From NCBI GenBank assembly GCA_963785305.1, contig CAWAUV010000007.1, positions 1-64,000 of the forward strand: a stretch of DNA of 64,000 bases. The letters run 5' to 3'. Positions 11,355 to 23,492 of this stretch are shown here, in pieces (position 1 is the first letter of the stretch; each line of letters starts with the position of its first letter). The stretch is from an uncultured Planctomycetaceae bacterium. Its GTDB lineage: Bacteria; Planctomycetota; Planctomycetia; Pirellulales; PALSA-1355. The translations under genes were made by a program, and so were the position numbers. Below the pieces are notes generated by a model, which searched no databases, was not told the DNA's origin, and saw nothing but the letters and a program-made list of their open reading frames with translations.

Positions 11355-12843
11355 ATGATCTGTGTCAGCATCGCCCGCGGGCGCCATCGCCATGTCATCG
11401 CCGAGCATCGCCATCTGGTCGAGCAGGGCGCCAAATTGATCGAGTACCGGCTCGACTACATTGCCGGGCCGGTGAATCTCAAGCGGCTCTTGGTCGATCG
11501 GCCATCGCCGGTCGTGATTGCTTGTCGTCGCGAAAAAGACGGCGGCAAGTTCTCGGGCTCCGAGGAGTCGCGGCTGATGCTGATCCGCACCGCGATTGCC
11601 CAGGGCGTGGAATATGTCGACCTGGAAGACGATATCGCGTCTCGCGTGCCCCGCTATGGCAAGACCAAGCGGATCATCAGCCTGCACGACTTTCGCAAGA
11701 TGCCCGACGACCTGGAAGCGATCCATGCCCGGCTCGTGAAGCTCGACGCCGACGTGGTGAAGATCGCGGTGATGGCTAGCCAACCGCGCGACAACTTTCG
11801 CATGCTCAAGCTGGTGCGGGAGAGCAAAGTGCCCACGGTCGGCATTTGCATGGGCGACATGGGCACCCCGTCGCGCATTCTCGCCGGTCGCTATGGCGCC
11901 CCATTTACCTTCGCCACTTTTCACCACGAACGCACGCTCGCGCCCGGCCAATTCAGCTTCACCCAAATGAAGGAAATCTACCACTACGACGATATCACGT
12001 CCGACACCGCCGTGTTTGGCGTGATCGGCGATCCGGTGGCCCAGAGCTTGAGCCCGGTGATTCACAACGCCGCGTTTCGTTTGGCGGGCATCAATGCGGT
12101 GTATGTTCCGTTTCGCGTGCCGCGCGAGCATTTGGCGCAGTTTCTCGACGACGCTCCCAGCCTCGGCATCGCCGGACTCAGTGTCACGATTCCCCATAAA
12201 GAGGCCGTAATTCCCAAGCTGGCCAAGCTGGGGCCGGCCGCCCAGGGGATTGGCGCCGTGAACACCGTGATCTACAAAGGCGGCGAGCTCCACGGTTACA
12301 ACACCGACGAGCCGGCCGCCATCGGCAGCCTGGAGCAGGCGATGGGCGACGGCGTCGGCGGCAAGTCGCCGCTCGATGGGCGGCATGCCGCTGGTGCTCG
12401 GCGCCGGCGGCGCGGCAATGGCCGTGGCCTACGGACTCAAACGCCGCGGCGCCAAGGTCATGGTCGCCAGCCGCACCGCGGCCCGGGCTCAGACCCTGGC
12501 CGATCGGCTGGGCTGCGGCGCCGCCGACTGGGGTAATCGCCACCGACTCGAATGCGATGTGATCGTGAACTGCACGCCGGTGGGCATGCATCCGAATGTC
12601 GACGCCACGCCGTTCGACAAACATTACCTGCGGCCAAACATGGTCGTGTTCGACACCGTGTATAATCCCGAAAACACGCTCTTGGTCAAGGATGCTCGCA
12701 GCCAAGGTTGCACGGTCGTGACCGGAGTCGACATGTTCGTCCGGCAGGCCCAATTGCAGTTCCACCTGTTCACCGGCCAACAGGCCGACGCGGTGGCGAT
12801 GCGCGAGTCGCTCAAGCGCGCGGTCGGTCCCGCCAAGTTTTGA
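11355..12843 (+). CDS. aroE: Bifunctional type I 3-dehydroquinate dehydratase / shikimate dehydrogenase; frameshift near 12385
   Basis: EYRLD and SLHD in the DHQase part; SLSP, VTIPHK, AVNT, NTD, LGAGG, NCTPVGM and VYNP in the SDH part. Confidence 0.9.
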
Positions 12844-12866
12844 AGCTCCCGGTGAGAGTGGGTCCG

Positions 12867-13412
12867 ATGCGCACCATCTTGCTGCTGATCGGCTATCGCG
12901 GCGTCGGCAAGACGACCGTCGCCCAGCGGCTCGCGCTCGAACTAGGCTGGGACTGGATCGACGCCGACGACGAAGTCGAGCTGCTGGCCGGCCGCTCGAT
13001 CGCCGCGATTTTCGAGAACGATGGCGAGGCGGCGTTTCGGGCCCTTGAATCGCTCGTGGTTCGCAATCTCGCGTCCCGCGAACGCGTGGTCGTCGCCCTT
13101 GGCGGAGGCGCGGTGCTCGACCCCAAGAATCGCGAGGCGATGGCCCTGGCCACGGCCGAGGGCGCGGGCCGCGTGGTGTGGCTCCGCGGCTCGGCCGAAC
13201 AGCTCTGGCGCCGCATTCAGGCCGACGCCTCGACCGCCGCCCGCCGCCCCAACCTCACGGCCACCGGCGGAATAAGCGAAATAACCGCTATGCTCCAGCG
13301 CCGCGGGCCTCTGTATCGCGAATGCGCCCATATCATCGTCGACACCGACCACAAGACTCCGGGCCAAGTGGCCGACGAAATTCTTGCGCGGATCGACTCG
13401 CCGCCGGCCTAG
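12867..13412 (+). CDS. aroK: Shikimate kinase
   Basis: GYRGVGKTT P-loop, GEAAFRALE, GGGAV. Confidence 0.9.
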   Translation: MRTILLLIGYRGVGKTTVAQRLALELGWDWIDADDEVELLAGRSIAAIFENDGEAAFRALESLVVRNLASRERVVVALGGGAVLDPKNREAMALATAEGAGRVVWLRGSAEQLWRRIQADASTAARRPNLTATGGISEITAMLQRRGPLYRECAHIIVDTDHKTPGQVADEILARIDSPPA

Positions 13413-13553
13413 GAATGCCCGCCGGCGCCATCGCGAGAAGCGCTGCGGCGACGTACACTTGCGGCGCCGGCGCGCGCGCCGCGAGCATGCGGCGCGCGCG
13501 GAGAGAACCTCTCCTGCGGCCGCGGTCGCTCGCCATCTCGGAGCCTGGATACT

Positions 13554-14843
13554 TTGATCGTGCCCCTGTTACCGATGGGACCCATCCTCCTGGGCTTGGC
13601 CTTTTTGGGCGCCGCCTTGGGAGCGATCGTGAATCTGGCGGTCTACCGCCTGGCTTGGCGCCCGCGCGCGATTAGTCCCTGGTCGACGCCCGACGCCGAA
13701 GCCCCGCCGCGCCGCGGAACCGATTTTCCGCCGATCTTCGGCTGGTGGGGCCTCTCGCGCGAGGCCGGAGTGCATGGCCGCGGCTTCTGGGTGCGGCCGA
13801 TGATCGTTGAAATGCTTTCGGCGCTGCTTCTGCCGGCGCTCTACTGGTGGAATTGGGCCACGCTCCTCGATCGGCAGCCGCTCGTGATATCGAGTCCGCA
13901 AGACGCGCTGCTCGCGACCGGCAACCTCTCGCTCGCCATCGATCTCGGCTTCTTGAGCCAAGCGCTGCTCGCGCTGGCGATGATGGCCATGTCGCTGATC
14001 GATCTCGATGAAAAACACATTCCCAACGCGCTCACCGTGCCGGGGCTTTTGGTGGGCCTCGTGCTGGCGACGCTCTATCCCTGGTCGCTGCCGATCGACG
14101 CCCTCTGGACCAACGCGGCCAACACGGTGTGGATGCTCGACTTCATGCGCCCCGCCGCGCCGCGGAGTTGGCCCTTGGAACTCGGTCGGCAACCGCCGTG
14201 GCTGCTCTTCGCCGGGCTGGGCTGCTGGTGGCTTTGGGTCGCGGGACTCATGTCGCGGCGCTGGATCGGGCGGCGCGGCTGGCGGCTGGCGTGGTATTGG
14301 TTTTGGAGCGGCCTGGCCCGCGATCCTCGCACACGTCCGCTTCTGGCGCTGGGCGTTGTCGGTTCGGCGCTGATTGCGGTCACTTGGCAATGGGGCGGCG
14401 CCGCGCACTGGGCCGGACTCCTTACGTCGCTGGTGGGCGCGGCCGCGGGTGGAGGCGTGGTGTGGCTGGTTCGAGTGACCGGAAAATTCGCCCTGCGGCG
14501 CGAAGCGATGGGCTTCGGCGATGTCACGCTCATGGCCATGATCGGCGCATTCCTCGGCTGGCAGGCGTCGCTGCTCGTGTTTTTTTTCGCGCCCTTTCTG
14601 GGACTCGTATTCGCCATTGCTCGCTTATTGCTTCGCGGCGATCGCGAGATTCCTTTCGGGCCGTTTCTGTGCGCCGCGGCGCTCGGAGTGCTTGTCGCTT
14701 GGCCCTGGCTTTGGCCCCGAGTGGAGAACCTGTTCGCCGTTCCCGAACTGCTGGCGGCGGCGATCGGACTGTGCCTGATCGCCATGGCGGCGATGCTCCG
14801 AGCTTGGCGATGGGTTCGCGAGCGATTTCTCGAAACCGCCTGA
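13554..14843 (+). CDS. Prepilin peptidase (A24 family)
   Basis: N...VYRL, IDL...IP, MGFGD and IPFGPFL motifs; many TM helices. Confidence 0.85.
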   Translation: MIVPLLPMGPILLGLAFLGAALGAIVNLAVYRLAWRPRAISPWSTPDAEAPPRRGTDFPPIFGWWGLSREAGVHGRGFWVRPMIVEMLSALLLPALYWWNWATLLDRQPLVISSPQDALLATGNLSLAIDLGFLSQALLALAMMAMSLIDLDEKHIPNALTVPGLLVGLVLATLYPWSLPIDALWTNAANTVWMLDFMRPAAPRSWPLELGRQPPWLLFAGLGCWWLWVAGLMSRRWIGRRGWRLAWYWFWSGLARDPRTRPLLALGVVGSALIAVTWQWGGAAHWAGLLTSLVGAAAGGGVVWLVRVTGKFALRREAMGFGDVTLMAMIGAFLGWQASLLVFFFAPFLGLVFAIARLLLRGDREIPFGPFLCAAALGVLVAWPWLWPRVENLFAVPELLAAAIGLCLIAMAAMLRAWRWVRERFLETA

Positions 14844-14888
14844 GGGGCAGGCTTTCAACGACACCAGCGCGAGTCGCTCTCGAACGGA

Positions 14889-15383
14889 ATGAAACAGATC
14901 ATGTTGCCGTGGCCCAAGAAAATCATCGATCCGAAAGCCGAGGCGGACTTGGTGCGCAAGGCCCGCCACGGCGTGATCATATGCTCGAGCGGCGAGCTTC
15001 CGCGCCTCGTCGCGCGACCCTGGCCACGGCCCACGACCATCGACATGGCCTGCCTCTGGGGACCGCTCTGGCATCGGTTCGATGCTCGTGATCGTTGCTG
15101 GATTTATTACAAGCAGCCGCTCTTTCACAACCGCTTTCTCGCGATCGAATATGCTGTCTCCGGCCACGGCGCCACCCTCGCGACCCTTGGCCGGGCGCTT
15201 GCCATGCTCGACACAATCGCCGAGATCAAGGAGTGCGACGCGATCGTGTGCCAGATATGGAACCGGCGGTTGACTCCGCGAGCGATGGCGCGCCATGGCT
15301 GGTCGCGGCACACCTCCGATCGCCACGGCCGCAATTACATCAAGCGATTCTATGGCGACTATTCGACCGCGCAGGCGCGCTGA
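14889..15383 (+). CDS. Hypothetical protein
   Basis: Fills the gap between flanking genes; protein-like composition; no family recognised. Confidence 0.5.
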   Translation: MKQIMLPWPKKIIDPKAEADLVRKARHGVIICSSGELPRLVARPWPRPTTIDMACLWGPLWHRFDARDRCWIYYKQPLFHNRFLAIEYAVSGHGATLATLGRALAMLDTIAEIKECDAIVCQIWNRRLTPRAMARHGWSRHTSDRHGRNYIKRFYGDYSTAQAR

Positions 15384-15442
15384 GCTTCGGCGCGCCTGAG
15401 CCTCGGGAGAAATTCGCGTCGGCCGAGGGCGGCGCGCTTGCC

Positions 15443-17123
15443 TCAGCCGACACGGCCGAAGCAGGCCAGGCACATATCGTCGCTCTGAGCCCGGCCGGCG
15501 ACGAAATTTTTCACGTCGTCGAGAATCCTCCGGCCGAGAGTTTTCACCGGCGCCTGGGGCGCCGCCACGAGAGTGCGCAATCGCGAGATTCCGTAGAGCT
15601 CGCCCTCGGGATTCATCGCCTCGCTGAATCCATCGGTAAAGGCCACGATGCACTCGCCCGGCGCGAGGCCCACGGTGCATTGTTCGTAAGGAAAGTCGCT
15701 CGCCACTCCAAGCGGCACTCCCGACTGCTCGGCGCCGATGGCGTCGACGATTCCGGACGCATTGCGCATGAACGGCGGCATGTGTCCGGCATTGACGATC
15801 GTCACTTCATGCCGCGCCGGATCGAGCACCGCCAACACCAGCGTGACGAATCGGTCGTCCCAGCCGCTGCGGCAAAAATTCGCGTTGATCTGGCTCACGG
15901 CCATCGCCGGGTCGGGCTGGGCCGCCAGGCAATAACGCACCTCGCCCGAAAGCTTCGCCATGAGCAGCGCCGCGGACACGCCTTTACCCGACACATCACC
16001 CAGCACCACGGCCAGCCGCGCCGGGCAGTTCGATATAGTCGTAGTAATCGCCGCCGACTTGGTTCGCCGACTCGTAGAAATCGAAGAAGAAGTAGTCCTC
16101 CAAGATCGGCGGGGCCGAGGGCAGGAGTCCGCGTTGCACCTTGTGCGCGAGCTCGAGATCGCGCTCGACGGCGCTCTGCTTGATCGCCCGTTCGTGCATT
16201 TGCGCATTGTCCACGGCGATCGCCGCTTGCGAGGCGATGCTGGCGAGCACCTGCAAGTCTTCTTGGCGAAAGCGATGCCGGGAATCCATCGCCTCGATCT
16301 GCAAGGCGCCAAGCGCGTGGCCCTCGCCATCGATCAAGGGAGCGCACATCACGGAGCGAATCCTGAGATCGGCGATGCTCTGGCTCGTGTCGAAGCGGGA
16401 ATCGCTGCCGGCGTCGGCCGAAAGGACCGCTTCCTTGGACTTCACTGCTTGATCCAGAATCGAGCGGCTGATTCGCAAGCGATCTTCCATGTGGGGCCGG
16501 CGATGGCGCATCGCCCGGGGAGCGAGCTGGTCGGTCGCCGGATTGCGCAAGACGACAAATGCCCGATCGGCTTGCGGGAAAATCTTGAGCAAGGTCTCGA
16601 GCAGCTTGGGCAGCACATCGTCGACGCGCACCGCCTTGCCCAGGCTGTTGGCGATCTCGATCATCGCCCGCAGTTTCATTTCCGGATTCACCGACAGCAT
16701 CGAGCCGATCGAGGTGGCCGTGGCGTCGATCTTATTGATGATCGTGCCCGTGGCTCGCAGTTCGTCGTCGAACAGGTCGGGCACGTTCTCGATCCCCTCG
16801 AGTTCCGACATGCGGCGAATTTCGCTGCTTGGCTCGTGCAGATAGAAGGCGAACACGAGGTCGCAGATTTTAAGCCGGTCGCCGTTTTCGAGTTGGCGCC
16901 GCCGCTGCACGGGATGGCCGTTGACGATCGTGCCGTTGCGACTGTGCATGTCCTCGATATAGAAGGCGTCGCCCTCGCGCACGATCCGGGCGTGTTGTCG
17001 GCTCACGGCCGCCGAATCGAGCACGATTTCGCAATCCGGATGCCGGCCCAGCACGACATTGTCATGCTCGATCGTCAGTTGCTGGCCGGACTCGTTGCCG
17101 TTGAGTGCTTGCAGGATCGCCAT
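15443..17123 (-). CDS. FHA-GAF-SpoIIE (PP2C) phosphatase; frameshift near 16020
   Basis: FHA GR..SRQHA..SRNGT; GAF RSVMCAPL; VGGDYYD, GDVSGKG, NAGH, TDG and DD motifs. Confidence 0.9.
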
Positions 17124-17430
17124 GAGCTCACATCGCCGCTTGGCGTGTCGAAAATTCGGACGAAAACACCGTTGGCAGGGACCACGCCACGAACCACCGG
17201 CCGCCGGGAGCGCCGAATTCGCGCGGCGGCGGAGCGGCCGAGGTCGCATCCCCCGCATTCCGCGATCGATTTTATTCCCCGGCGCCGAGCGACGTCAACC
17301 AACGCGGCCGAGCCGCTGGCGCGCATGGCGAATGACCGCCGCCGAAAAATAACACTCGCCGGAGCCCCCATCGCCGGCAAGGCGCCCCCATATCAAAAGC
17401 TATCGACGGTGCTCCCATCGGCTATTCGGG

Positions 17431-18813
17431 TCATTTCGCGCTTGGCGGCGCGAGCGCTTCGGCAAGTGGGTGGCCGTCGGCTTCGGGCAGTGTGAGACCG
17501 AGCAAAGCGGCGGCGGTCGGGGCGACGTCAATGTTGTTGATTTCCGGCAGGCGGACTCCCGCGCGTAGGCCGACGCCGGCGGCCACGAACAGCGCGTTCA
17601 TCTTGCGGTTCTCCGAGATGAAGCCGTGGTTGCCCTTCGGCACTCCGGCCTGCTCCGAGTCGACGATGAATTCATCGCCATCGGCCTTGCCGGAAAATCC
17701 ATGGCCGTCCTTGGCGAACAGCACGAGATCGGCCATTCGCGAATCCGCCCGCGGCGAGGGCAGTCCGTATTCGGAAAAATCCTTCGGCTCGACGACGCGC
17801 TCGATTCCCTCGCGGCCCGCGAACAGACCTTGGACCCGAGCGCGTTCCTCGGCGGTGAGCGCGGGATCGATAAAATAGAGCAAGCCGGCGCCTCCCTCGG
17901 GCACGACTTCGACGCGTGGATCTTCGACCCGTCCGTTGCGGCCCGCATGCAGGAAGCCCGCCCCGCGGAGCAGGGCATTGGGCTTGAGCGCCTTGGGCGT
18001 GAGCGTGAAGCCATGATCGGCGAGCACGAAAATCGCCGTTTGGTCACGAATTCCAGCGGAGTCGAGCGCCGCGACCACGCGGCCCACGCAGGCGTCGGCG
18101 AAAGCAATCGCGGAGTAGCCCCCGAGCGATTGTGGGCCGAGCGAGTGGTGCGATGCGTCCACATTGAGCAAGTGCAGGAGCAGGAGGTTCGGCTTTCGCT
18201 CGTGGAGCACGCGGCACGCGGCGTCGGTCCAAATAACGTCGCGCTGCGACGAGCTGGTCTCTTTCATGAAACCTTCGTCGGTCGCCGTGAGCTCGCCGGC
18301 GGCGCGTAGTTCGTCGCGCAGCCGCGGCGTTGTATGCACGAGGTTATCGGGAACATCCGGAAAATTGTCATCCAAGGTTCGCGAGCCGCGGGTGCAGGGC
18401 CAATTGATGGCGGCGGTCGTCAGGCCTTTCTTGTGCGCGAGATCAAAGAGCGTGGGCACATGCACCAGCTCGGATTGGTCGCGCTTCGGTTCGATGGTAA
18501 TGGGCTGCCCGAGCCCATGGCGCTCCAGCACGCCATTGGCGAGCACGCCGTGGGTCTTGGGAAACACGCCGGTCACGAGCGTCGTGTGGTTGGGCCAGGT
18601 CACGGTTGGATTGACCGGCCGCATTCCTTCCGCCACCACTCCAACTTTGGCCAGGCGACGAATGTTGGGAATCGGCGCCTTGGGATCGTCGAGCAGACTC
18701 GCCGGGAAACCATCCACGCTGATGATCACCACATGGCGAGGAACCGGCTCGCCGGCCCAAAGCGGCGGCGCGACGACGCCAGCCGCCAAACACAACAAGC
18801 AGACACGAAGCAT
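17431..18813 (-). CDS. Secreted alkaline phosphatase-superfamily (NPP-type) phosphodiesterase
   Basis: Signal peptide, ISVDG, TWPNHTTLVTG, ADHG, GNHG, DVAPT. Confidence 0.9.
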   Translation of the reverse strand: MLRVCLLCLAAGVVAPPLWAGEPVPRHVVIISVDGFPASLLDDPKAPIPNIRRLAKVGVVAEGMRPVNPTVTWPNHTTLVTGVFPKTHGVLANGVLERHGLGQPITIEPKRDQSELVHVPTLFDLAHKKGLTTAAINWPCTRGSRTLDDNFPDVPDNLVHTTPRLRDELRAAGELTATDEGFMKETSSSQRDVIWTDAACRVLHERKPNLLLLHLLNVDASHHSLGPQSLGGYSAIAFADACVGRVVAALDSAGIRDQTAIFVLADHGFTLTPKALKPNALLRGAGFLHAGRNGRVEDPRVEVVPEGGAGLLYFIDPALTAEERARVQGLFAGREGIERVVEPKDFSEYGLPSPRADSRMADLVLFAKDGHGFSGKADGDEFIVDSEQAGVPKGNHGFISENRKMNALFVAAGVGLRAGVRLPEINNIDVAPTAAALLGLTLPEADGHPLAEALAPPSAK

Positions 18814-19043
18814 CGTGGGAACCTTCAATCGCGGGGGGGGGTGGGGGGGATGGGGCAGGCGCCGCCCAAAACGGTCGGCGGGTTGGATGCGACTCGATTA
18901 TCACCGCCGGTCGCCGCGCACGCAAGAAATCGCGGATGCCGCCGCCCACGCTTCCGCGTGACACGCCGTGGCTCTCCCGTGGCGCCACCCTGACGGATAC
19001 GAAGGGCCGCGCCACCTAAAAGTCAGGGCGGAGCCGCGACGAT

Positions 19044-19080
19044 GCGGCGGCTCGGCCTGTTGAGTATTTCAACGGGCCGA
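19044..19080. repeat. Dispersed hairpin repeat (related copies at 23337-23368 and 40915-40950)
   Basis: GCGGCGGCTCGGCCTGTTGAGTATTTCAACGGGCCGA, self-complementary. Confidence 0.5.
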
Positions 19081-19141
19081 TAAGCCCAGCCGGCGCCGCA
19101 CAAGTTTAATTGTGCGGCGCCGCCCCCCACACTCAGCCCGC

Positions 19142-19984
<843 letters not shown>

Positions 19985-20270
19985 CTACCGCCCGGCGAAT
20001 CGAATCTTACACTCTCGCCGCGGCGCCGAAGACGGGCAGCGATGCAGTGGGCGTCGAGCGGAGTCGATTTGGGTTGAGTTCGAGAGATCGCTGGTTTGCG
20101 GCTCGCAAAAAAATCGTGTTTTTTTGTCAAACCTGCCCGCGGTTGTTAGATTCCTTGTTTCGCTGGGTATCGTAGTTAGGGGCGCGAGCGCGTATCATGA
20201 ACAGCGGCGCGGTCGGGGCGAATCGCGACGACTCGCTCGACGAAACCGCATGAGGTGCGCAGGTTTGAAC

Positions 20271-20879
20271 ATGCCCGTGGAAGACTCCCCGCTCACCCGA
20301 GCCAGCTTGCTGGTGCAGTTGCGCGACGGAAGTAATCATGGCGCTTGGCGAGAGTTCGTCAGGCTCTATGGTCCGATCGTGTATGGCTTTGCCCGCAAGC
20401 GGGGTCTGCAAGACGCCGATGCGGCCGATCTGATGCAAGATGTGATGCGATCGGTCTCGGGGGCGATTGGCCGGCTCGACTACGATCGGCGGCAGGGAAC
20501 CTTCCGCGGCTGGCGATTTACCATCACGCGCAACAAGGTGTTTAACTTTCTCTCGGCCCGGCGCATCCGCCCGCAAGGGTCGGGCGACTCGGCGACGCAT
20601 CGACTGCTCGATACCCAGGCCGATTCGAGCGACGGCTCGGAGAGCTGGGAATTGGAATACGAACGGCGTCTGGCGGCGCTGGCCATGGAGCGCGCCCGAG
20701 GCGAGTTTCAGGAAAAGACCTGGCAAGCGTTTTGGCTTACGGCGGTCGAGGGTCTTTCCGCCGCCGACGCCGCGAAGCGCACCGATATGTCGACCGGGGC
20801 GATCTATGTGGCCAAGAGTCGGGTGCTGGCCCGGCTGAAAGAAGAAGTCGAATCGCTGCGCCGCGTGGAGGAGTATTAA
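20271..20879 (+). CDS. ECF sigma factor
   Basis: DAADLMQDV region 2, FRGW.FTI, C-terminal HTH (AIYVAKSRVLARL). Confidence 0.9.
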   Translation: MPVEDSPLTRASLLVQLRDGSNHGAWREFVRLYGPIVYGFARKRGLQDADAADLMQDVMRSVSGAIGRLDYDRRQGTFRGWRFTITRNKVFNFLSARRIRPQGSGDSATHRLLDTQADSSDGSESWELEYERRLAALAMERARGEFQEKTWQAFWLTAVEGLSAADAAKRTDMSTGAIYVAKSRVLARLKEEVESLRRVEEY

Positions 20880-20880
20880 G

Positions 20881-23264
20881 ATGAAAGCCGCCGATTGCCC
20901 GGAACTTGAAGAACTACGTCAGCTTCTCGGCGGATCGCTCGCCGGAGAGCGCGAACAGGAATGCGTGGGCCACATGGGCGCATGCTCCGATTGTCAGGCC
21001 AAGCTCGAGGACTTGGCCACCGACGGCGCGGAGCTTTCGAAACTCGTCGAGCACATCGACAAAACCGAACCGGTCGCCACGTCGGCCTATTGGCCGGCAC
21101 TGGCGGCGCTCGCGCCCGAGACAGCCGGCTTCCATTCGCCGCCGACGGCGCAAGGCATGGCGCCGACGCAGATATTGGCGTCGCATTCGGCAGCCGTGGC
21201 GACTCCACCCGAGGAATCGCCGGTGGCCCGACCCGCGAAACCGCTCGCGGGCGAAGCGCTGGGAGAAAAGCGGCTCGCCTCGGCGGCTCCCGTCGGGGGC
21301 GGCGCGAGCGTGGGTCCGGCAGGGAGTGGCGCGAGCGTGCGCCGAGTGCGCGAGTTGTCGCTCCGCTTCTTGCAACCGGCTACCGATGGCGCATATCTCG
21401 GCCGGCTTGCCCAGTTCGATGTGATGCGGGTGATCGGCCGCGGCGGCATGGGCATTGTCTTCGAAGCATTCGACACGCGACTACAGCGCAATGTGGCGCT
21501 CAAGGTGCTCGATCCGGAACTGGCCGACGATGAAACCGCGCGGCAGCGTTTTTGCCGCGAGGCCCGGGCCGCGGCTTCGGTGACGCATGAACATGTGGTG
21601 GCGGTGCATCAGGTCGAAAAATCCAACGGTGATAATCTACCTTATTTGGTGATGCAGTTCATTGCCGGCGAATCGCTCGAGCAGCGGCTCGACCGCGAAA
21701 AGACGCTGCCGGTGCGCGAGATCGTGCGCATCGGCATGCAGGCCGCGCATGGCCTCGCGGCCGCGCATGCCCAGGGGCTGATTCACCGCGATATCAAGCC
21801 GGGCAACATTTTGCTCGAGCCGCCGCACGACAGCGTGAAGCTGACCGACTTCGGCTTGGCCCGCGCCGCCGAAGATGTGAAGCTCACTCGCACCGGTTTC
21901 GTGAGCGGCACTCCGCTCTATATGGCGCCCGAACAAGCGATGGGCGAAGCGGCCGACCCGCGTTCCGATCTTTTCAGTCTGGGCGCGATTCTCTATGAAA
22001 TGTGCGGCGGTCGTCCGCCCTTCGAGGGCAATACGCCGCTGGCGATCTTGCGACAGATCACCGAGATGGGCCATCGCCCGCTCGGAGAGATCAATCCCGA
22101 GATTCCCGCTTGGCTCGCCGACACGATCGACAAGCTCCTCGCCAAGCGGCCGGAAAATCGAATCCAATCGGCTGCCCAACTCGCGGAGCTGTTCGATTTT
22201 CAATGGGCTCGGCTCAAGAGCTCGTCGGAAGACGTGCCCGAGGTCTGCCGGCTCGAGGCGAGCAAGCGCGCTCGCGCGCCTGGTGGATCGCGGGCGGAGT
22301 GGGCGCGGTGTTTCTCGTCGCGGGACTTGCGGGCGGGGCGTGGCTATCGCATCGACAGTGCGAGGCCACGTCGGGCATGGCGTCGAGCGAAGAACCGCTG
22401 GCGGTGTTGGGGGCGAATGCCGGCGCGGTTTGGTCGGCGTCGTTCGATCCCGCGAGTCCGACGGTGGCGATGGCGGTGGAAGACGGGGCCGTGCGGCTCT
22501 GGGACCTGCCATCGCGGAGCGTCAAGAGCACGTTCGAGGCCCATCGCGGCGTGGTGTGGCTCACGCGATATTCGCCGGTCGATGACCTGCTGGCCACGAC
22601 CGGCGACGATGGCTTCATCAAACTTTGGCGCCCCTCGGAGCCGGAGCCGACGCGCGTGTTTCAACACGCGAACTCGGTTCGCGGTTTGGCCTTTGCCCAC
22701 GATGGCCGCACGATCTTTGCCGGCGACCGCGGCGGGCTGGTGCGGGTGTGGTCGCTCGACGCCGAAAAGCCGCTGGCCGAAACCCAACAGCCCGGCACCG
22801 TCTACGCGCTCGCGGTCTCGCCCGACGACAAGACCTTGGCGACCGGCGGCTCCGACAAGATCGTGCGGCTCTGGAACGCCGCGAGTCTCAGCCAAAAGCT
22901 GCCGCTCGAGGGCCACACGGCGCCGATCTATGGCTTGGCCTTCAACCACGACGGTCGCCGCCTAGCGTCGGTCGGCTGGGACAAAACCGTGCGCATCTGG
23001 GATGCCCACAGCGGGCAACTCGTGCATAGCTGGCCCGCGCACTCGGGCGACATTTGGAGCGTGGCCTATTCGCCCGACGGAACGAAGCTGGCCACGGGCG
23101 GTTCCGAGGGCGCGGTGAAGCTTTGGAACCCGGAAACAGGCGAACCGCTGGCGACTTTTCTGGGCCACAACGCCGCCGCGCACGCCGTGGTCTTCAACGC
23201 CGACGGCTCGCTCTTGGCCTCGGCCGGCCGCGACGGAGCGGTGCGGATCTGGAAGCTGGACTGA
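20881..23264 (+). CDS. Ser/Thr kinase with N-terminal zinc-finger (HxxxCxxC) and C-terminal WD40 repeats; frameshift near 22275
   Basis: GRGGMG, HRDIKPGN, DFG and APE motifs; TM segment; several WD repeats in ORF 22002..23264. Confidence 0.9.
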
Positions 23265-23492
23265 CTTTTGACTCACGGCTGGAAAGTATCCGGTTCGCCT
23301 GCTTTTTTTGCCTATCGCTTTATCCTTTCATTTCCGAGCAGCCTGTTGATTATTTCAAGAGCCTGATAACGGGCCTCGCCTGCAGGCTACTATAAAATAG
23401 GTGGATGTCATGGCACGCTGCACCTTCACGAAAAGAATATTGGCCCTTTGAGTCGATCTCGCGCCTGAGCCGCGGTGTCATGGAGCAGCGAT

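Noticed and set aside
15960..17495. Long antisense ORFs (also 29653..30900, 37387..39027, 39464..41017)
   Set aside because: Shadow frames opposite well-supported genes, expected at high GC content.
23474..23483. GGTGTCATGG upstream of the second MTase as another motif copy
   Set aside because: A single 10-mer with no stutter or visible breakpoint; may be chance.
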